A stretch of 64,000 bases of DNA, from contig NW_019029004.1 in the NCBI RefSeq assembly GCF_002105155.1, positions 434,001-498,000 on the forward strand, in the 5' to 3' direction. This stretch comes from Lobosporangium transversale (Eukaryota). Below are positions 48,182-61,059 of this stretch, piece by piece (the stretch's first letter is position 1; every line of letters begins with the position of its first letter). Under the pieces are notes generated by a model. The model saw only the letters and a program-made list of their open reading frames with translations, made no database searches and was not told the DNA's origin. The position numbers were made by a program, and so were the translations under genes.

Positions 48182-49498
48182 CTCATTGACCAATTGTCAG
48201 ATCCCGAGTATGGCTGCGATTCATCTGGATGCACCGCCATTACTGCAACCATTACAGACAATAATATACTCTATGTGGTAAGCGCTATTTCATCTTGTTT
48301 TACGGACGATGATAAGAAGTTTCGAGGATATTTGGAATTATAGTATGTTGATATAGATTTTAATGATTTTCCCTTTTTTTCCTTTTTTCCTTTTTTCTCT
48401 TTTCTTTTATTATAATAATACGGATCTAATTCTATCCAGGGAAATGCCGGTGATTCTCGTGCCGTCCTTGGCTCTAATGGAACAGCTATTGCCATGTCGA
48501 ATGACCACAAACCAATGAACAAAGGTATAGGATGCAGTATTTCTGTTTACAGTGCTGCTTTTTGTTTATTTTGTGGTAATATCAATCTACAAATCAGGTC
48601 CCTCGTCTAACCACCGATCTTTTTTTTTTTTTTCTTTTTTTCTGCAACCTTATAGCGGAAGCAGCTAGAATCGTCGCTGCAGGAGGGTTTGTTCAATATA
48701 ACAGGGTAAATGGAAACCTTGCATTATCACGAGCGTTGGGTGATTTTGAATTTAAGATGAATGCGATGCTCGGACCTGAGGAACAAATCGTCACTGGTAA
48801 GTGTTTTTTTACTATAAGGCAGGGATAGCCTTTTTTTTTTTTTTTTTTTTTCTTGTACATGAGTGTATTTCACAAAAAAAAAAAAAAAAAAAAAAAACTG
48901 ATTATCATTTATATACATTTATACCAACTACCAGCTAATCCAGCCATCAGGGAGCATAAAATAACGGATGAGGACGAGTTTTTAGTCCTTGCATGCGATG
49001 GTAAGACTTTGCAGAAACCCTTAATGTTTTTCTGGCTTGAGCTTTTGTTGTTGTTGTTGTTGTTGTTGTTGCTGTTGTTGCTATTACTCACAATGCGATA
49101 AACTGATTTGGAAACGGATAGGCATTTGGGATTGTATGAGTTCTCAGGATGTAATAACTTTTATCCGCAAGGGTATTGCCGATAAAATCCCTCTGGAAAG
49201 AATCTGCGAGATGACTATGGATCATTGTTTGGCATCTGATTGTGATATGGCATACGTTGGCTGCGATAATATGACTATTATTATTGTGGCATTTTTAAAT
49301 GGAAGGACTGTTGAAGAATGGTATGAGCATGTCAGCAACCGCGTTGCTGTACGATTGGGCCCAGAAAACCCCTCGGAGAGCCGTCCCAATGGAGACGAAG
49401 ATCCCGATGGCACGGCTGGGGATGGTCAACTGTTGCCACCGCCATCGAAAGCGGAGAGTCACCCACTCTATTATATGGACAATGTAGATATGGAGTAG
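47468..49498 (+). CDS. PTC2: Protein phosphatase 2C, Ptc2/Ptc3 type (multi-exon)
   Basis: [63 protein letters not shown]. Confidence 0.95.
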
Positions 49499-49788
49499 GG
49501 TCTAAGAACGGGGGGATAGTGTACCCAACCGATCTGTATCATCAATCATTTCATCGGGCATATTGTTCATCATTTCATTACTTTTTTTTTTTCTTTTATC
49601 ATATTCAGTTTCACATTGTACTGTGCAAGCATATCCATGGTATCTTATTCCAATATTCAATATCCACACATGTACCCATATCAAAAGCTTTCAAAAAAAA
49701 AAAAAAATGCAAAAGCTTCATCTCTTCATTCATGTCGCCAACTGAACAGCTTTAATAGTATTAATAAAGGAAAAGAGATTATCTTGTA

Positions 49789-50791
49789 TCATGTTCGCAC
49801 AGGCTTAATGAACGAAACAGAGTACATAAATGGCAACATGGGTCCTTTGAAGTGCCATCGAATACCCTCCTCTACCTTCTCTTCAACCATATCCTTGTAC
49901 ATTTTAAAGGAATTGGAGTAAGGATATTCCTTAAACTCCGTAAGATGGAGTCCATTGGCAACGAGGGGGCCAATAACGTCTGCAAGGCCCCAACAGAATT
50001 CAATGCTCGGGTTCTTATTTTGAAAATCCTGGATACCAGTCGCATACTTGAGGTTCGGCATGAGCTCATCACCATCCTCAGGTGCAGACAATGCGACGTA
50101 GTCATTGACGCCGCCCTCCTCATGAATAGGGTTGCCTTGGCTGGAATATGGATACTCATGAACTAAGTCCGGATTGAAGATGTAGGCTGTTGGATGGAAT
50201 TCGATCAGATGATAGCGTCCTCCAGGTTTTAGAATTTTGTTCACCCCTGCGGCATATTTCTGAATAATAAAAAAAAAAAATTAACAAGTTGTTTTGTTAC
50301 AAGAGATAGATCAAGCAGTAATTTTTATGCCGCAGGTTTTTTTTTTTTTTGTATACTACCTTCAAATCTTTCAACCAATTGATGACACCGTAACTTGCAA
50401 AGACCATGTCGAATTGGTCAGGGTTTGTGACATCAAAATAATCGAAGATGTCGGCTCGAATAAATGTAGCCTCGATACCGGCATCCTTGGCCAGCTGGGT
50501 GGCAAACGCAATAGCTGTGTCACTGATGTCGATGCCGACAGGGTTCTGTGCACCTAATGTGGTGACGAGACTGAGGGTATCCTGACCAGCATTGCATTGC
50601 AGATGGCAAACTTTGAGACCAACTAGATTCCCAAGAATGTCTTTTTCTTCCTTGTAGAGCGTCGAGCCCTTATTCTTGAAAAAGAGGTGTTGGTCTACCT
50701 TGTGGCTGTTATGGGCGATGACAGCTTCGTTCCAGGATATGCGGTTCACTTCATGAGGGTTAATGCAGTTATTATTGCTTGTGGAGGACAT
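49789..50791 (-). CDS. Class I SAM-dependent methyltransferase (2 exons)
   Basis: HLQCNAGQDTLSL, GIDIS, FDMVFASYG, LKPGG..HLIEFHP; intron ~50260-50359. Confidence 0.9.
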
Positions 50792-51168
50792 TGGTAGTAA
50801 AGATTGTATGTCAAAGGAGGAGAGGAGAGTGTTTTTTACAGGACAAGGGAGGGAACGACTCTCTATTTCATTTGTTTTATACCAGTTCTAACACCCATTC
50901 TGGTGACTGTAGTTGCTCTGAGTTACTTTTTTTTTTTTTTATTTTTTTTTTGCTCCATTCAGGTCCAATAGCCGCTTCCTTTAAGCTTATTCGATTTATC
51001 CAGAGTCCAAGGATTTGAGCACCGTGGACACTCTGTGACAAAAAGCGAAGGCGTGGGAAGACTGGCTTTGCAGCTATTGGTATAAAGTTGTGGTCTATTT
51101 GATTCTGTATCCTGTTTACTCTTTGAAAAAATACATTCCATCTTTCTACTTTTGAATCTCATCCTGTC

Positions 51169-52769
51169 ATGAAAAAAGAAAAAACTAGCCCTTGCATCAT
51201 CGATTGCGATCCCGGCATTGATGACACCTTGGCCATTCTCCATGCTATGGGGTCACCCAAGGTGGACGTCAAGGCTATTACTCTCACCTACGGCAATACA
51301 AACCTGAATAATGTGACCAAAAACCTTTTCACTATCCTTCATATCCTCGGCAAAGAAGTGCATCCTGACCGTTTGGCGACACTGCCTGATGGACCCAACA
51401 AGGACCGATTGGAACAAATCAGGCACAAGAAACCCGTTATTTCTGTTGGTAAAGGAAATGAAAAAAAAAAAAAAAAAAAAAAAGCCAGAAGTAATATTTG
51501 AAATGTTATATACTATCCTCCCAACGAATTCTGATAAATTGAATGGTGATTTTGCTTTACTATAACAAATTTAGGTGCAGTAAAGCCCTTGGTAGTGCCT
51601 ACACAGTATGGTGAGGACTTTCATGGGCCTGATGGGTTAGGGAAACTGCATCTGAGTGATCCAGACCTTGCACCAACAGACTGGGCCGAGGTTCTTGGAT
51701 TGTTGGATCCAGATAGGCTTGGAGGAAAGATGGAGGCAGTAGCAGGAGAAGGTTTACCGACTGAAAAGCTGTTCACGCTATCCAAGACACAGGCTCATCT
51801 TGAAATTCTGCAGCAGTTGGCAGAAGCTGAGCCTCATACGATCACGATCATCGCACTGGGGCCTATGACTAACCTAGCTTTGGCCTATGAAAAGGATCCC
51901 ATTACTTTTGCTCGTTGTAAACAGGTCATTTGTATGGGTGGATGCCTTGATATGCCGGGGTAAGGAAGGAGAAAAAAAAAAAGAAAAGTTTTATCTGTAA
52001 TGACCTCCACAACGTCTCTTGCCTGCTTACCTGGTTGATGTGATGGACTAACGATGTATGTAAAACATTCCGTTGTGTAGAAATGTCACTCCAGTGGCAG
52101 AATTCAACTTCTTTTCTTGCCCTCACAGCGTTCACACAATCCTACAGGCAACAGTCAACAAAAACCCAGCGAAAGCTATCAAATTATACATGCTACCGAC
52201 TGATGGTTCGTTTTTTTTTTTTTTTTTTTTTTTTTGTTGTTGTTTATCATATCTTCACATTGCTGGCGTATAAATAAATAGAAACTACCTACAACTAACT
52301 CTTTTCTTCTGCATTGTTCACTTTTTTAATAGTTACTCATCAAGTAACATTCAGGTCTTCAGTTTTAAAAAAATACGTCAAACCCCTGGATACACCTCTC
52401 TCTAAATTCTCAACAATGTTACTTGAATACTTATTTGATTTGTTGGCTGAGAAGTTGCATTATAAGTCTATGAATCTACATGACCCTTTATGCATTGGAT
52501 TCTTTATGGATCTGGAACATGAGGACGACCTCACTGAAGTGGGCTGGCATATTGAGGAATGTGACATCCGTATCGAGAGCAATGGTTCGTTGACGCGCGG
52601 TATGCTGGTAGTGGACCGGAGAAAGAAAAGTACCAAGCCTGCACCAGGTGACATGTCACGTACACATGTGGTCCTCAAGGCTCATCCTAATCGTTATTTG
52701 AAATCCATGCTGTATGATATCTGGGGTGTCACTAACTACTTTGAAGATTACGAGCATGAAAGCGAGTAA
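51169..52769 (+). CDS. Inosine/uridine-preferring nucleoside hydrolase (multi-exon)
   Basis: IIDCDPGIDD, YGN, FHGPDGLG, ALGPMTNLA, MGG, GNVTPVAEFN, LHDPL, TRGMLVVD. Confidence 0.93.
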
Positions 52770-53091
52770 CATTATTCATCCTGATGGCTGTCAATAATCC
52801 AGTTTTTTTTTTTTTTTTTTTAGTGTAAATTCTCCAATAAAGTTTTTTTTCACACAGAGCACAGACTCGACTCGGATATTCGGGCGACTCAAGCCAAATA
52901 TATTCAGATATTAATGCTTCTCACGTGACTATGTTTTTTAACTGTCCTGCAAACAACAAAAAAAATTACACTGACATCAATTTTCGATCTTTTTTTTTGC
53001 CATTCTCTCTCGGCGTCTTTTTTTTTTTTTTTTTTTTTTTTTCTTCACTTCTTCTCCTCTTTTTACTCTCATACACGAATATTGTTCTGAC

Positions 53092-53526
53092 ATGTCTGAA
53101 AATCAAGAACTTACCCGTGTGGCCATTGTCAACAATGACAAGTGCAAGCCAAAGAAGTGTAGGCAGGAGTGCAAGAAATCTTGCCCTGTCGTCAAAATGG
53201 GTAAGGCAGCAGCATATGCATGGCAGCCTGCTTACTCATGAAGCAATGGTTACCATCACCAATTCCAACATCCTTGAGGGACGGCTATGTAAACACTATA
53301 TGATTCCTCAGCAATACAATTCTCAGTAATCGCGAACACTTTCCAATGCTAAACGTAATCAATGTGGATGACATTTTGCCCAAATCCTTACCTGTACCTC
53401 ACACACACAGTTGCTCTTCTGTTGTTTGTCCTTCCACTTTCCCTCTCTCTTCCACGCCCTATCTATCCTTTCACTTTTCTAAGCGAAGTAAAACAAAACA
53501 GAACAAAGCAGAGCAAAACAATACAA

Positions 53527-53560
<34 letters not shown>

Positions 53561-55718
53561 GTATAAGTTTAAAAATCACAAACAGGAATGCTAACTAGAA
53601 ACTATGACAACATGGGATTATTATAGGCAAGCTGTGTATTGAAGTCACTCCAGCCTCCAAGATTGCATTTATCTCAGAGGATCTCTGCATTGGTTGTGGT
53701 ATTTGTGTGAAGCGTTGCCCTTTTGGTGCCATTCATATCATCAACTTGCCCACCAATTTGGATAAGGAAGTTACACATCGCTACTCTGCCAATTCTTTCA
53801 AGTTACATCGTCTTCCTGTCCCCAGACCTGGTCAGGTTCTAGGATTGGTTGGAACGAACGGTATTGGTAAATCTACCGCTCTCAAGATTCTTGCAGGAAA
53901 GCTCAAGCCCAACTTGGGTCGCTTTGAAAATGCGCCCGAATGGCAGGATATCTTGAAACACTTTCGTGGATCTGAATTGCAGAACTACTTTACAAAGATC
54001 TTGGAGGATAACCTGAAGGCTATTATTAAGCCTCAGTATGTTGACCATCTGCCTAAGGCTGTTTCTGGAAAGGTTGGTGAACTCTTGGAGTCAAAGCAGG
54101 AGTTGGACAACCGTCAGTTGATGATTGATAACCTTGGTAAGTTTTGGTTGTTACACTGTGGTCATGTCAAGCGATAATTGGTTTGTTTTGATAATGTATT
54201 TGCATTTCTCATCCTCATCATTCTTTTTTTTAAAATAGATCTCAAGGAGATTTTGCAACGTGAGGTTTCGCAGCTTTCTGGAGGAGAATTGCAGAGATTT
54301 GCCATCTCGATTGTGTGCATCCAAAACGCTGATATGTAAGTTCTTTTCTCCAATCTTGGGACAATCGCCGCAGTAGAATTTTTCTTTTATTATTTTAGCC
54401 TCAGACATGCTAACGTCATTGGTGGCTCATTTTGCTTTTTCTTTTTTTTTTTTGTGCCTAGTTATATGTTTGACGAGCCTTCGTCCTACCTGGATGTCAA
54501 GCAGCGTTTGAATGCAGCCAGGACTATCCGTTCATTATTGAAGCCTACTTGCTTTGTCATTGTTGTTGAGCACGATTTGTCAGTTCTGGACTACCTGTCA
54601 GATTTTATTTGTGTTCTTTATGGTGTTCCTTCGGTCTATGGTGTTGTTACTCTTCCTTTCTCAGTTCGTGAAGGTATCAATATTTTCTTGGACGGAAAGG
54701 TCCCTACTGAGAACTTGCGTTTCCGTGATGAATCCTTGACCTTCCGTTTGGCCGAGACGGCTGATGAGCTTCAGGATATGCCAAATCATCGCCGCTACAA
54801 GTACCCTACCATGACCAAGACTATGGGAGACTTCAAGCTGAACGTCCAAGCTGGTCAGTTCACAGATTCAGAGATCATTGTCATGTTGGGAGAGAACGGT
54901 ACTGGAAAGACTACCTTCATTCGTCTCTTGGCTGGTATTCTGAAGCCTGATGGTGACCAATATGTCCCTGAACTTAATGTGTCGTACAAGCCCCAGAAGA
55001 TCGCACCCAAGTTCCCGGTAAGCAAACTTAGTCTTATTGGTGTTTGAAAAAATCGAAGCTTTTCTTTTTTTTTTATTTTTTATTTTTTATTTTTTTATTT
55101 TTATTTTTATTTTTTCTAACGACATCTTTTTTTTTTTTTTTTATTACTGCTATTTTTTTTAATTGTGGTGAATAATTATAGGGTACTGTGCGTATGTTGT
55201 TCTTGAAGAAGATCAAGGCTGCATTTATGCATCCTCAGTTCAACACAGATGTCTTGAAGCCACTTCAGACTGAAGCCATTATCGATAACGAAGTCACCAA
55301 CTTGTCAGGAGGAGAATTGCAGCGTGTTGCCATTTGCTTGGCCCTTGGTGCCCCCGCTGATATTTATTTGATTGACGAGCCCTCTGCTTACTTGGATTCG
55401 GAACAGCGTATTATTGCTGCTAAGGTCATTAAGCGCTTTATTCTCCATGCCAAGAAGACGGCCTTCATTGTGGAGCACGATTTCATTATGGCTACATACT
55501 TGGCAGATCGTGTAGTTGTCTATGATGGTATTCCTTCTGTTGAGGCAACTGCGACCTCACCTCAGAGCTTGTTGACGGGTATGAACAAGTTCTTGTCTTC
55601 GCTCCAGATCACATTCCGCAGAGATCCTACTAATTACCGCCCAAGAATCAACAAATCAGAATCCGTGAAGGATAAGGAACAGAAGGCCTCAGGAAATTTC
55701 TTCTTCTTGGAGGACTAA
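53092..55718 (+). CDS. RLI1: ABCE1 Fe-S ribosome recycling ATPase (multi-exon)
   Basis: [18 protein letters not shown] and [14 protein letters not shown]e-S motifs, two ABC domains ([24 protein letters not shown]), C-terminus SGNFFFLED. Confidence 0.98.
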
Positions 55719-56639
55719 AAAAGAAAGAGTGTACAGATTTTAGTATTTCAGGACTAGTATGACATACTAGTACTAGTACTAGAGTTGAGTACTAAAGTTG
55801 GAAAAATTTATTGATTTTAGTACTCCTGCGTACTAATGTTGGAGAATTTAGTATATACTTCAGTGCGTGGCTGATTTTTTTGTCACTCTTTAGATGCATG
55901 TCACGGGAAAGATGTCTAGCAAACATACAAATCCCTTTCCACAATTGCAAAGTGTTCACAAACCCTACCTGTTGTCGAATTCTTCACACATAAACAAATT
56001 GTATATACAAACTAACTGAGGACGGTATTAACCGAACTATTTATACTTGCTATAATGATCAGAACCAAGTAAACGTCCGAACAGACCTATCCAAAAACGA
56101 GGGAGCTTGTCGCTCTCCTTCAAATATAAATGGTTTACTTAACAAAAATCTTATAATTGAGAAGGACCAACAAAAAAGAGCAACAAGCTGCAAATAATTC
56201 AAAAAACCACTTTTCTCTCCTGGTCTAAAATTAGAAATTAAGTTTGCCGCACAAAACTAATGTAAAAAAATGGACTTACAAGACTTCGACAGCTAGATTA
56301 TCAGATTATCGCAAATAGTAAAATAGGCTATTGCTGGATGTATATCGACTATAGAAAAAATGGATGAGGTATCGGGACTAGCAGAAATCAGCCGCCTATT
56401 ACATACAAAGGAAGGAAAAAATCTGTAGAAAATAATCTGTAGAAAAAAATCAGCAGAGACCATATATCAAACTATACCATCACGATGCACTATGTTCACC
56501 GTTTACTTGCCTCCACTCTTTTAGCGCATCTAGCCCCATTTACCATTTTCATTTTTTACTCCCTGCCTACAAAAATGCAAAACACCTTTCCGTCCCCTTT
56601 TTTGCTAGAGGTATGTTATCGAATCCATACAGATAAAAA

Positions 56640-57065
56640 GATCGTATTGACTTTAGTATCAAGTGTCCAGTATGGTATACTCGTACTGCGTACCAAATTA
56701 ACGAAGGTTTAGTATAACATACTCATACTGCGTCTAGTATCACTTCATCAGAAAAAAGAGCGCTCGGGACGAGGGTGAAATTGATATTAATATGCATTCA
56801 TGGGTTCCATCCCTGCAATGCTCCCAGAGTGCCTGAGTACTCTATATACGTACATCCGCGTTCTCAGGAATCATAGAGACCAGATGGTCTATACGACAGG
56901 TTTTGTGAAGAGGGATGGTGAGTTTGGATACTTTGCAGCTGTGGAAGCGGGATTGTTTTTGTTATTTTGGTACGCAGTACGAGTATGTCATACTAAATTT
57001 TCGTTATTTTGGTACGCAGTACTAGTATGCCATGCTAGACACCTGATACTAAAATCAATACGATC
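56640..57065. mobile_element. MITE with ~95-bp imperfect TIRs
   Basis: GATCGTATTGA(C/T)TTTAGTATCA... inverted at both ends, with internal GTACTGCGTACCAAA repeats. Related fragments at ~55752-55850. Confidence 0.8.
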
Positions 57066-57608
57066 AAAAAGAAAAAAAAAAAGCATAATGGACCAACCCC
57101 CAACCCTGTACTCTCAATCTTTCCCTATATCTCCCCTTCACCTTCTTATGCTTGGAGAAGCATGTTTTGATTAGACAAAAGCGAAGGAAAGCTGCTTTTA
57201 CTTTATACAGTTGTACAGTAATTAGTACTATTTTTTATTCGCTGATGATTTTTGTGCTGTTTCCCAAGGTGATTAGAATATTCATTCATAACCTCATATC
57301 TTTTTTTTTTTTTTTTTTTTTTTTTTTCAAGAAAATGAAATAATTAAAATAAAATAAAAAAAAAATCATAACTCATAATATATTAACATTAAGAGCTTAA
57401 AAAGTTTGTTGAGAGTTTGTTTATTTTTTTTATTTTTATTTTTATTTTTATTTTTTGATGCCTAATGAATGTCAAGGTTGTTTATATATGCAAGCTGAAT
57501 TCTCCTGTTTTTGGGTCCAAATGTCACTTAAAGCCCTCCCATGCGAATGGATTCCTTTTCAATCTTTTTTTTTGTGTGTCCCAAGGTGTGTTGGTGAAAG
57601 AAAAGAAA

Positions 57609-57642
<34 letters not shown>

Positions 57643-57773
57643 TGCCCCTGATATCTATTGATGATTTTTTTTTTTTTTTTTTTTATCCATCTATCTTGAA
57701 TGATTTCCTGTTTCTTTCTCCCTTCTACTTTTTCTTCATTTCCTAGGCAACTATATGAGGAAGCAGTGTCATT

Positions 57774-58167
57774 TCAGAGCTTTATTGGATCCAGCGGCTC
57801 AGCTAACATATTCTCATAATCCGTCGCCCCATCCAGTTCCTCGTCCAGTTCGCCAATGATTGCTCTATCTCCCCGCACACACACACACACACATATATAT
57901 ATGTAAAAAAAAAAAAAAAATGTTAGTGACATTGATGATGATCAGCGTGGATACTTCTTTTTCCTTAAAATAAAATAAAATAAAATAAAATAAAATAAAG
58001 CTGTTATTTGAAAATATAGAGTTATTACATGGTCTCTCCACGAATGACATATACACCGATAGGTACTGACTTCATGGGTTCTGTTGATGAAAATATCCTT
58101 TCATGTGTTTGTCCGAGAATAACGTTTGCTGCTTGATCATATCCCATCAATTGACCCTACCGGAAGG

Positions 58168-58200
<33 letters not shown>

Positions 58201-58555
58201 TAAATAAGAAACTGAAATGAGGAGCCAAAAACAAAAAGCCCTTTTTTTTTTTGTTTTACTTCTTCATATGGTATGTGATCTTTGCAAAAAAAAAAAAAAA
58301 AAAAAAGAAAAGTCAACGTACAACAAGTGTGCGACCATCTGTGAGGTACACGAATACTGGACCTAAAATTAAACGAAACGCGAAAGACAAGGCAAAAAAA
58401 AAAGGTTGATTATTATCATTCATCGTTCATCGTTCATCAAGATAAATCGTTTGATCCCTCGATAACGAGAATATGACGCGTCTTTTTCTTCTTATTCGGT
58501 TTTTGGGCCGTTGTTTATCCTTACGTTCGACAAGAGATTTTAATTGGTCAGACAT
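57774..58555 (-). CDS. LSM8: U6 snRNA-associated Sm-like protein LSm8 (4 small exons, absent from the ORF track)
   Basis: Spliced translation MSDQLKSLVERPVFVYLTDGRTLVGQLMGYDQAANVILGQTHERIFS...IGVYVIRGETIAIIGELDEELD...AEPLDPIKL with GT-AG introns. Confidence 0.9.
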
Positions 58556-59433
58556 CTTGCCTGCGATATAATGTGTTAAGAAATATCGACCTTTTTTTTT
58601 TTTTTTTTTTTTTTTTTTCTTCTTTTATCGATATTATGGAAGTTCGATGAATGTTGTTGTTGTTGTCTGACTGGCTTGAGGTGGGAGCGGCAGTTGAAGA
58701 GGAAAGAAGAATGGAGAACTGTCTTTTTTTTTTTCCTGGTATCTTGATGTTGCTCTATTGATATTCCTCTGAAGCTGGCTCCTTTGTTTCTTTTTTTATT
58801 TTTTTCCTTTGTTTGCAAATGTTTCTTTGCTTTCCTTTTTAAGAAGAAGAAGAAGAAGAAGAAGAAGAAAAAGGGTAATAAACAATAATAAAAAAAAAAA
58901 GAAGGCTTGCTGATGAAATGTAAAAAGGTGCGAGAATAATAAAATGGAGTATAAAGAATAGAATGCATGCAAGTCCTTTTTATACTGAGCACCCAAACCG
59001 CGGAGCAAAACATGCAAAGCCACAGTGCACACCAAAAAATTATATGCATCTGTTAGATGTACATTTTTGGCAATCAGGCAGAGTCCATTTGCCGGCAGAC
59101 ATTACAAAAAAAAAAAAAAAAAGAAAAAGCATTCGATCGTGTCTCCTTTTCTTTTCTTTTCTTTTCTTTTCTTTTCTTCCTTTCTCCTTTTTCTCTCTTG
59201 TACAAAAACATTCCTCCCCTTTCCCTTCATATCACTTTTCACCAAACTTGGCATCCTAAGCTTCTTTTTCTTTTTCTTCTTATCATTCAAACCACATTTA
59301 CATTGGAGGAACAACATTAGCTTAAAATAAAAAATTCAAGCTAAAGAGCAAGACTCTTGTTATTATCATCTTTTAACAACAACATCAACAACAGCAGCAG
59401 CAACAGCACCATACTATATTATTATACTCCATC

Positions 59434-59722
59434 ATGCGCAAGAAATATAAAACGAAATTTCCCGTGGTAGGAACTCATTTCTGACAATCCTGTTTTAATA
59501 ACTTGTCTTACTGCAAATCCAACGGCTTTTTTTTTTTTTTTTTTTTTTTTTTTCTTCCAACTCTCTCTCTCTCTCCCTCTCTCTCTTTCGCCCAAGTCAT
59601 TATCGGGTACTGGCCTTATTCCAAACTAAATTCTTTTTTTACCACGCCATGATTTCCTTTATTATATAAATGGCTCATACTTCTATCCGACCTATAACAA
59701 AAAAAGTTCTCATAATATTATA

Positions 59723-59757
<35 letters not shown>

Positions 59758-59905
59758 ACTCATCTCTCATTGTTTTGATATTATTCAACATTTGATCCAT
59801 CTTTGAATAGGCCCGCATCAAGAAGATCATGCAAATGGATGAAGATGTTGGCAAGGTCGCGCAGGCAACCCCTATTCTTATATGTATGCATTTAAATATA
59901 TATAT

Positions 59906-59936
<31 letters not shown>

Positions 59937-60837
59937 CTTTGAGCTATTATGGAGACAAGTCAGGAACAAACATGGAAAAGGAAAAAAGAAAAATTTATCA
60001 CATTATGCATCTTTGACATGGAGTGAAATGAGGACAAATCTCGACGCCAAACAATATTATCTCAGCAACGAAGAGAAAGAAAAGAAAAGAAAAGAAAAGA
60101 AGAAAAAAAAAAAAGCGGAAGGAGTATCTACGATCGGGAAATGCAAAAGAAAAAGAAGGAAAAAAAAAAAAAAAAAAAAAAATTGGATATTAACTTAATA
60201 TTATTACTGTTATTATTTTAATGCCTATTTTTTTTCCTTATAGCCAAGGCATTGGAACTTTTTATGCAATCTTTGATTGATGAAGCTTGCATAGAGGCTC
60301 GCTCCAAGAATGCGAAACGACTCACAGCTGCCCATCTGTAAGTTTTGGGGAGGGAAAATGTTCAATGAAACGTCACAAGATGGGGAAAGCCAAGCTTGCT
60401 TTTTATTTATTATTTTTTTTTTTTTAATAAGTGGTGATGACGGGTCTACAACAACTCGACTGACTCTATTTTTTTTTTTTTTTTTTTTTTTTCCTTTATT
60501 ATTATTGACGGATAGCAAAACTACTATTTTGGAAAAGGACCAGTTTGATTTCTTGAGAGATATTGTTCAGAATGTAGCAGATCCTTCAGGATCGAAAGGC
60601 AGTGGTAATGACGATATGAATAATAACGAACCTACAAGTAGCAGTAATAGTGGTGTTGGCGGTAGCACCAGCAGGAGTCACAGTAGAAGTAATAGTATGA
60701 AGATGGAAGAGGACGATGATAAATCTTTTGCGGATTTCGCAGGTGCCATGGCCGCAGCGCGGAGTGGGGCTCCAATCAGAAAGTCTTCAGCAAAGAGTAT
60801 TAAACAGGAGGATGACGATGATTATGACAACGAGTAA
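59434..60837 (+). CDS. BUR6: NC2 alpha histone-fold transcription cofactor (DRAP1; 4 exons)
   Basis: [42 protein letters not shown]...QFDFLRDIV. Confidence 0.95.
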
Positions 60838-61059
60838 AGAAAAATAAAATAAAATAAAATAAAATAAAATAATAATAATAATAATAGCAAAAAAGTAAAA
60901 AAGATGCAAAAATAAGCAAGGGATCGAGTGAATTTAACAGCGCATTTACAATGCCATGAAGACACAATGGTTTTATTTACAAAGAAATATATATATGTTT
61001 GTATGTACAAGGGGGAAAACAAAAAAAAAAAAAACAAAAGATAAAAGTAGCCTTGCGGC

